Both the position numbers and the translations under genes were made by a program. This document shows, piece after piece, positions 55,313-64,000 of a stretch of DNA of 64,000 nucleotides (the stretch's first letter is position 1; every line of letters starts with the position of its first letter). A model generated the notes under the pieces. The model saw only the letters and a list, made by a program, of their open reading frames with translations, made no database searches and had not been told where the DNA came from. The DNA comes from the human T2T-CHM13v2.0 reference genome, Homo sapiens. The stretch lies in assembly GCF_009914755.1 (NCBI RefSeq), contig NC_060934.1. One strand, 5' to 3'.

Positions 55313-56280
55313 ATGGATTCTGCTTGTGCATTATGCAACATCAGGAAGAACTGACCAGAGCTTCCCTTGATTCCTACCATGCACTTACTCAAAAGACCAG
55401 TTTCCCGAACTCAGTTCTCAGGGGATGGGAATCAAAGCATCTCTCCATGGTGGAAACATGTGAGCTTCTCCAAAATGATGGCATAATATTACAATTCCAG
55501 AAAACATTCTCCATGCAAAAACTTACATCAAACCAGAAAATCCATTGACAGTTAACAACCTAATACTAACAAATACAATTATCACTCATTTCTATGACCA
55601 AAAATATATTTGCCAACTTCTTTCACTAACTTCAGAAGATATTTTGTATAAATGAATATTCATCTATAAGCTCTCATTTTTATTGTCATTTGTGCTTAAG
55701 AAAGAATAATTCAATATCTTTAATGAGCTATTAGCTTCCTTTAGTTATTCAAAGTATAAAAGAACATGTTTACAGTGTCTTTGAGCTTCAGGAAGTTAAA
55801 CTCCAGGCGGAAATCTACTTCCAAAAAGTAGAAATGAGAAATAGCATCAGAAAGTATTCTGACTTGCTTGCTACTCTTTATAAACTCTTACAAAAAGAAG
55901 CAAACATTTCAAAATATGTGTAGTTGAGAAAAATTGAGAGTTTTCTTATCTAGTATTATGCTCAAAATTTATACATTTTCCACAAGTGTGTCACACTGCT
56001 GTTACTTTGTATTTCAGTTTTTAAAACTTCAGTCTTCAAAGAACTTGTTTCCTTTGGGTTCTTTGCCTGTAATTACAGCAAGCTCCATCAGGTGTCAGTG
56101 TGGTGGTCGTAGTTTAGACAGGCTATGTGGGAGGGACACAGGGTACTTATGTGCCTTCTTGGAGATTGAAATATTTTATTACTCACATCATCTTTTATGT
56201 AAAGATAAGCTCGTGGCTAAGGGGAAGGTTTTGACAGAATTTGATGCTATTATGTTTAGGGTTCTGGAAATAACTAGATC

Positions 56281-56690
56281 CTGCCCTTCCAATAACCCTT
56301 CCTCCCCACTTGTCCCCATCTTGTTATCCCCCTTCCCATGGGTCCCCTCTCCCCTACACTCTCTTGTTGGCCCCACTCCTGATTTCTCCATAGCCATCCT
56401 CTCCCAAAGGCCCTCCCACCACACCCACTGCACCCCCTCCCCCATCGGACTCCCTGCTCATCGGCCTCCTCTCCAGTATCCCCCCACCTTCTTTCCTATC
56501 TTTCTCCACCATCATGAGCCCTCCTCCCCTACTGAGGCCTCCTCTTCATCCATTCCCTTCCTCACCAGCCCCCATCCCAATGCCAACCTGTCTCCCCTTA
56601 TAATCTTCCCCAACACCATCAGCCCTACTTTCTGTCCGGCCGCCCTTCCTCCATCTCCTTTATGCTTCTCCTTCCTCATCAACCTCCCTT
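56281..56690. repeat. C/T-rich low-complexity tract
   Basis: About 400 bp dominated by CCC/CCT/CCA runs with few G on the + strand. Confidence 0.75.
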
Positions 56691-59254
56691 TTTGCAGGAT
56701 CACTGAGCATCCTATATGCAAAAGAAGCAATATCAGAATGAGGACCCAGAACCTCTCAGGCACAGCAAAGTCCCCTTGCAGAATCTGAACAAGAAACTCT
56801 GGAACAGGCAGCTGAGGGTGAAGTCCAGATGAGATTCCTATTCCCCAGTCTCTCACCCCCAGGATGTTAGCTTCTTCCAACCACATGGAAGAAAGTAAGG
56901 AGGAAGAGAATAAATCTAGAGATGAGATATTGGTAGAGATTCTCTGCCCAGCTGCCCACATGAAGTTGAAAGAAAACAATCTGCGTATCTACTCAGTTAC
57001 AAGAGGGTAAGCAGAGATAGACAAGGGTGAGAGAGGACACTAAAGTGTCCCTATCCCTGATGATAGCCACAAAGAATCAAGCATGCAACACAGAAGAACA
57101 TTTTCAATTTTTAAAGAATATACGTATAGGTTAAAGTACTGTATCTCAAGCTTTCAGGAAGGTACCAATTCTAGGGTGCTCCCTGGAGACTGATTCCCTA
57201 GGTCTGAAATGGAATCTGGAATTTAAACTATTTTAGCAAACACACTAGGTGATTCTGCAAGAATCTTTAAAGAAAGACTGATCCTTGAGTACAAGTTGGT
57301 AAATATCTTACTAATCCTTAACTGTTGCCCATTGTAACTATGAATTTAGTGACTGCTTAATCTGACCCTGATTTTATGCCCAGGCATGATTAGAACTAAT
57401 CCAAATCACCTGATCCCTCAGAGCCTGTCCTCTGAAGAATGAAAAACAACTGGAAATGGTTTTGTTAGTAATAAAATCATGCAGAGGTTCTGGGTTGCTT
57501 CCATTTTCATCTTCTGTGAAACTCAAGCCAATAAATATTGGGTTCCTACAGCCACCAAGGCTCTGCCCTTCTTGGTCTGTGAGTATTCACCAGGGGCAGC
57601 TCTTTCTCTTACCAGGTTCACTTTTCCACTATTCCTGTGCAGTGGGAAAAGCAAGAGCCTCACATGGTCAGAACCAGTTTCAATGTTTCCTAGATGCTCC
57701 TGTGGCCTGGGAAGAGGCACCATATATTCGTGAAATGGCACAGAACCACCCTCCTGTCCTTTCTCTCTGTATGTCTGTCTTTCTACTCATGGAAACCATT
57801 TCTGGTTACTTTGAAGACAAACTTTCAAGGCAAACTTCTAAAGTAGCTTGTATTCCTCCCAGGACAGTTCTACAATGATTCAAACAGCAAATGCAAGACA
57901 TTCTGAAGGAGATTTGTGTGAGAGAAGCATAAAGCCCAGATGAAAGTAAGAGCTGTGCCTATGAATGGAAATCATTTTATCAAGTCCTTAACAAATAAGT
58001 GCACAAGGAAGAAGACATCCTTGGGGTCTCCTCCATCCTCCACTAGTAGGAGTTTGGGGCAGTTGAAGTATAACTCTTCTATTTTCAAATTCATCCAAAT
58101 CACAGAACAAGAAAAAAAAAAAAAAACCTAACCAAACCACTTGAAAGAAAAAAAAAAAAAAACAGTTCCCCAGAGAAGGCAGTTTCTTTTTGGGCCAGTG
58201 GTCACTGACCCTCAGGCAGGGGCTCTCAGTATACAGGGTCTGCTGGCCCTAGCCCCTGACACTCTACCTAGTGACCCTTGCCCCATGGCCAGCTGGCCTG
58301 TAGAAGGAAGTCACAACTCTGGCAGAGGCTCAAGGCGGCAGCCGGGCTTCTTTGTGGCTGCCTTCTCTCCCAGCTCCACCCCAGTGTCTTCTGACTCACC
58401 CCAACTCCCTAGAGCAAAGAGCTCTCCTCCATAACTCAGAACCCCATGACTGGGAGGTGCCCTCTGACCCCCTCTTATTCTGCAGCTCATTGGAACCTCT
58501 CCCTGCTCAGGAGGCCGGACCTCCACTCTTCCCAAATCACGGTCAGGCCTGTCATCCTGGATACCCTTTCCTGTAGGTAGACTTTCTCCCATTCGCCCCC
58601 AACCACCACTACCGAGATGGGAAGTAGGAGGGGTTCAGCACCCAGCAACACCCTTGGATTTAGACCTCAATTTTGGAAAGTTCCTTATTGCAACTAAACC
58701 CCTCACCTTAATCCCCTCCTAGACCCTGCCCCTCCTGGTACCTGCCACGTGTCAAAAGACAGCATTTATTCTCCTGTTTGTCTTTTCACCCTGATTTGCT
58801 GTGTGGCCTTTTCCTTGTTATTAAATAACCAGGATATGTATTTGTTTTGCTCTGGCTGAAGAGTATGACACACATAACAAAACAATAAAAGCACCAAAGA
58901 GCACCTGTTACCTTTCCTGCCCAACCATGCTTAACTATATTGCCCACACATTCAAGGAATGATCATCTTGTCCAGATATGACAGCATCTGGCCCTTGGCG
59001 CTTATCTGCCTTTATGGATCCTTTTCTGTTGCTTGCCACCTACCAGCTTCCTTTATCAATACCAGGAAGCTCTCTACACATCCTTCTGTGTTCCCCTTCA
59101 TTTTTCTCCTTCACCAATGCACTTTATAAGGAAGGTAAATGCCTCAAAAGTCTTGTGGAAAAAGCTGTGTAGGAATCCAAATCTCCATTTTACAGACAAG
59201 AAAAGCACAACTCATTTTAAATTATAAAGGGCAGACAAGGATGTCAGGAAGTAG

Positions 59255-59583
<329 letters not shown>

Positions 59584-60083
59584 AGTAGTTGTTATTCTTT
59601 AGACAAAGGAATTTCCCCTTCTACCACACTGGCCTAGAGGCCAGACCCATGGGAGGACTTGTGGGTACCTGCCGTGGCTTGAAAGCTATTGGGACAGAAG
59701 ACCTGCATTCTACCACAAGGGACCTGTGAATGGGTCTGTCACAATAGAAGCATCTGAAGAAGGAGCAGCAGGCAGGGCTTGCCAGGATCTGCATCAAGTC
59801 AGATGTGCCGGGACCAGGCAGAATTTGATTTTTAGGTGATATGTTCCCAGTATGGCCCAGGGACCAGGCTGAGATCTATTCCCAGGTGCATATAGTTACT
59901 CCAAAATTGTACTGTGGCCAAGTGAGATAGATAACTTAGATACAGCACTAACTCCAACAGGAAAAAAAAAATGGCCCAGGACTACCCATCCCCCAAAAAG
60001 AGAATTTGCCAGAAAGGAAGCAGGCAAGATGATACTGAAAGATGATGGTATAGCTGCTAAACTTTCCAACGTGACTTCAATGA

Positions 60084-60426
<343 letters not shown>

Positions 60427-60434
60427 CAGTTTCT

Positions 60435-60739
60435 GTTTTTTGTTTGTTTGTTTTTGAGACAGAGTCTTGCACTGTCACCTGGGCTGGAGTGCAATGGCAC
60501 GATCTCAGCTGACTGCAACCTCTGCCTCCCGGATTCAAGCAATTCTCCTGCCTTAGCTTCCTGAGTAGCTAGGATTACAGGTGCCCGCCACCATGCGCAG
60601 CTAATTTTTTTTTGCATTTTTAGTAAAGACGAGATTTCACTGTGTTGTCCAGGCTAGTCTCGAACTCCTGACCTTGTGATCCGCCCACCTCGGCCTCCCA
60701 AAGTGCTGGGATTACAGGCATGAGCCACCACGCCCGGCC
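60435..60739 (-). mobile_element. AluS (Sg-like), tandem with the preceding AluJ
   Basis: ctcgaactcctgaccttgtgatccgccc; flanked by cag(t/c)ttctgtttt. Confidence 0.94.
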
Positions 60740-62044
60740 CCAGCTTCTGTTTTACTGAAAAAAGCAAGTTACACACAGTAGACTTGAGGGTGGCTGGCCA
60801 TGGACAAAACTGTTCAGCTTTAAATACCACCCCTCAACTTCCATCACTTTTCCCTGATTATGTAGATAGTACTAAAAGACTGAGGTCTGGAAGTTCTGCA
60901 ACAATCCTTTATTGGGCTAAAAAATAACCTTTGGCTAGCTCTACCCTGGCTAGTGCTCTAAAATGTAACTAAAAATAATTCAAAAACAGCAAACAGAAGA
61001 ATCACGCCAGGATGACATCCCCACCCTACCCCTCAGGTCATCAAGCCTTTTAGTCAGGAAGGAGGAACCTACTGCAAGGCTTCCTGTGCCTCATCCCAGT
61101 GGGCGCAGCAGAACCAAGAAACTCCACTTCCACTGCTGGAGCAGAAAGGGGTGATTGCCTCCTTCTCATGGCACTTTGCCACGTTTCAGGAGATGGAACT
61201 GGGAGGCAACACAAAAGCTGTGGGCCTGGAAAACATGCTTCTGATGGTTGTACAGTCTCCCTGCACCCGCTCAGCCCAGGAGTGAGCCTCTTCAGAGCTG
61301 GTCACACTTGTTGGGGTCATTGGAGGGAGTCATTGAGGACTCTACACATGAGTCTCTGCACATGGGGATCCCTGCCTGGTGTTACCCGGGAACACTCACG
61401 GACATGTTCCCTTCAGCCAGAGTGATGCCCTTCCAGGCCACAGGCTCCTCTGTCGGACCTGCCTCAGAACAGCCTGGGCTAGGGCTGATGAGCAATACAT
61501 TTCCACGCCTTGCACTGACCTGTTCCCACTGGGTCGCAGAGGCCGAGCAGCTGAGAGCGTGTGCATGGCTGATGACCGGGACACTCAGATAGTAGCTGTG
61601 GGGGACAGCCCTGCTCAGGTGTGCCTTCCATTCTGTTTGCTTTCAAGTAAAATGATGACCTCAGCACAGGAATCACTGGAGAAAATGTCTGTACACCTCA
61701 CTACAGTCACTTTACTCACAGGGTTCTGCACAAGTTCCAGACTAGATTCCCTCTTCATTTGACCAAACATGTGTGGGTAGCAGCAAATAAATGAGGGATG
61801 AATTTGTTTACAGTCACCCTGGCAACTTCCCTTTACCACTAAGCCATGACAAAACACAACTATCAAAGCTCAAGTGAAAAAACTCCAAGGAATAAAGAGC
61901 AACAGGCACATGTAATACTCTTCTTCTTTCCCCTGTCCTGTCCTACCTCACCCCAGCATAGTGCATTCACGTGCTCTCTCACTATGCATCATCTTCCCTC
62001 TTGACAACCATCCAGAATATTCTCCTCTGACCCATACACTGGAG

Positions 62045-62264
62045 CAGGGGTTGACAAACTTTTTCTATAATACACTAGACAGAAAGTATTTTCATTTTGG
62101 AGGTCACACAGTCTGTCTCAACAACTGAGCTCTGCCATTGTAGTGCAAAAGCAGCCAGAGACAATATGTAAACAAATGGGCATGGCTGTGTTCCAATAAA
62201 ACTTTATTTACAAAAGCTGGCAGTGGGCCAGATTGGCCCATAGGCTGTAGTCTGCCAACCCCTA
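62045..62264 (+). mobile_element. MER58A (hAT-Charlie) MITE
   Basis: caggggttgacaaactttttct...ggctgtgttccaataaaactttatttac...gccaaccccta. Confidence 0.9.
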
Positions 62265-63039
62265 CATTAGACTATTACCTCCCTCTGTATCAAAAACCCA
62301 CCTGCCCATGTCCCAGGCTGATAGGGATCTGCTTTCCAAGCCCAGTGATAACACGAGGCCCTTTTTACCTTCCTGAGTGATGATGCCTCAATCTGCTTTC
62401 CCTCCCAGGTGCCACAGACACATTTACTGAGTCCTGATGGTCAATCTGTCTCACAGGAAGGGCTCCAATACTGGTGATTCTAGACACATCAGAGGCCTAG
62501 AAGGGCCTGAGAGCAGAGATCATCCAATATATATTAATATGTGTTTTCCCATTTGTAAGCTTGGTCTAGTCATTCCACATGAGTGCTTCTCAACCTTTCT
62601 TTACCTACGCTCCCCTTTGACCAATGAAAACAGCATGTTCTCTTTTACTGTTCTTTGAAATAAAAACTACATCAAAAATCTGACCAATAGGGGTAATCCC
62701 TGATTTGTTTTAAACACACACACCCCATTTCCCACCACCACCACCAACCCCAACCACCCCACACCCTGATTTGGTCCTCTAGGGACACAGATCCCCCCAC
62801 GCTCCCTTGGAATCCCTATTCTAAATAGTTGATATTGGCAGGATCCCAGTGTCTTAAATAATCACTGAATTTTAGAGTGGGAAAGAATCCAGAATACACT
62901 CTCCCACCCACCCACCCATTTAAGAAGTCCAAAGACTGTCTTCTTTAAGAACTCTGAGGGTCAAAGGCACACAGAAGATGGAGCAGCAGTTGTCTTGGGC
63001 AGTGGTGTGCCAGCTTGTGTTTGGGGCAACTTGTGGCAT

Positions 63040-63200
63040 GAAAATGACGTGTCTTCGCACAACAAAGCGGAAAATAGCAGTAAGTGTTCCGGGTAATTCA
63101 AACACCAGCTGTCTCTGTGGTTTCGGAGCTGTGGTTCGCTTCTTAATCAAAAGGCATTCGGCCTACAGGAAAGGGGTTCTATAAATCACAGGAAGTTTCA
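63040..63200. promoter_or_regulatory. Candidate RUNX/ETS/E-box enhancer
   Basis: TGTGGTTT 63116-63123; TGTGGTT 63130-63136; ACAGGAAGT 63188-63196; CAGCTG 63106-63111; TGACGT 63045-63050; locally retained CpGs. Confidence 0.4.
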
Positions 63201-64000
63201 AGAAGTCAACAAAAGGATTCCAAGCAGGAGGCAGCCAGAAAGAGGGAAATCTGATCTTTGCCCATATTATTAAGTTAACATTTTTCTACCAACATTTGTC
63301 TTCTCCCCTCTAAAATTCCTCAACTGACTTTAAGGATAAAGAAGCAAATCTATCGTTGGCAAACCCTAGAGTGGGTGGGCCATGAGTCTGCTACTCACTC
63401 AAATATCAGCTTCAAGACAAAATATAATAACCCCAAATTAGCTCTTCCTCATGAGCAATAAATTATAAATAAGTTGAAGTTCACAGCCAGAGAACTTGAG
63501 ACAACCCTGATACAGCCTTAAAAAAAAAAAAATCACATCTCAGGTTACAATATAAAAGGCCTGTCTGGCTTTTTACTCAATATTATAGTTGTCATAATGG
63601 CGGTACATGTTCAGAAACTACCTCCTAGTGTTTTAGGAAACATTTCACGCTACTCTAATTCAGAGCATGGCCATCTGAAAATGTTCTCCCTGCCCTGGAA
63701 AGAGGCAGGCTGATGGGGGCTTTAATGCCAACTATTTGCACTTCTTACACCCATGAAAATATATGAACACCCTTACTTCTAAGCTACCTTTTGATTATTC
63801 CTAGAGTGAGGGAATTCACCCACAATTCTGTGTGCATATACATGCACAAACATGAATTTTTGGCACTACTTAGAAACACGCAAACATCCTCTCCCTTTGA
63901 GGTACACACGCAACAGCTACAAAGGGGTTTGAAATGATCAAAAAATCAGAGGTTCAGTGATTCTCATCATCAGCTTGTTTTACTTCAAACTTTCAAAGGA

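Noticed and set aside
55934-56788. Longest ORF in the window (284 aa)
   Set aside because: It starts at TTG, and its Pro/Ser/Leu bias comes from the C/T-rich low-complexity tract, which lacks stop codons. No recognisable domain.

Overview
This is primate (probably ape/human) non-coding genomic DNA, either intronic or intergenic. AluY and an L1PA4-like element support that assignment; the species and locus cannot be fixed without a search. The window is dense in interspersed repeats: about 20 Alu copies or fragments (J, S and Y), three young L1PA 3' pieces, an old L1MC, a complete two-LTR MST (MaLR) element with its 5-bp TSD, several solo LTRs, DNA-transposon MITEs (Tigger4a, Tigger2a, MER8, MER44A, MER1, MER45A, MER58A, MER20B), a mariner (MARNA-like) relic and many MIR/L2 fragments. 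I recognise no host protein-coding exon, tRNA, rRNA or snRNA. The only ORFs with recognisable homology are frameshifted L1 ORF2 C-terminal pieces and Alu read-throughs. I found no new multi-gene biological system. The best observations are small-scale genome-evolution scars: apparent gene conversion between two neighbouring L1s, an Alu with twin-priming-like inversion geometry, a template-switch inverted triplication in a MIR, a poly(A)-only insertion with a 17-bp TSD, and a reused insertion site. There are also a few candidate cis-regulatory modules (CLEAR/CTCF/YY1; RUNX/ETS; ZNF143). Repeat subfamily names come from my recollection of consensus sequences and need RepeatMasker/Dfam confirmation. 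Boundaries of old repeats are approximate.
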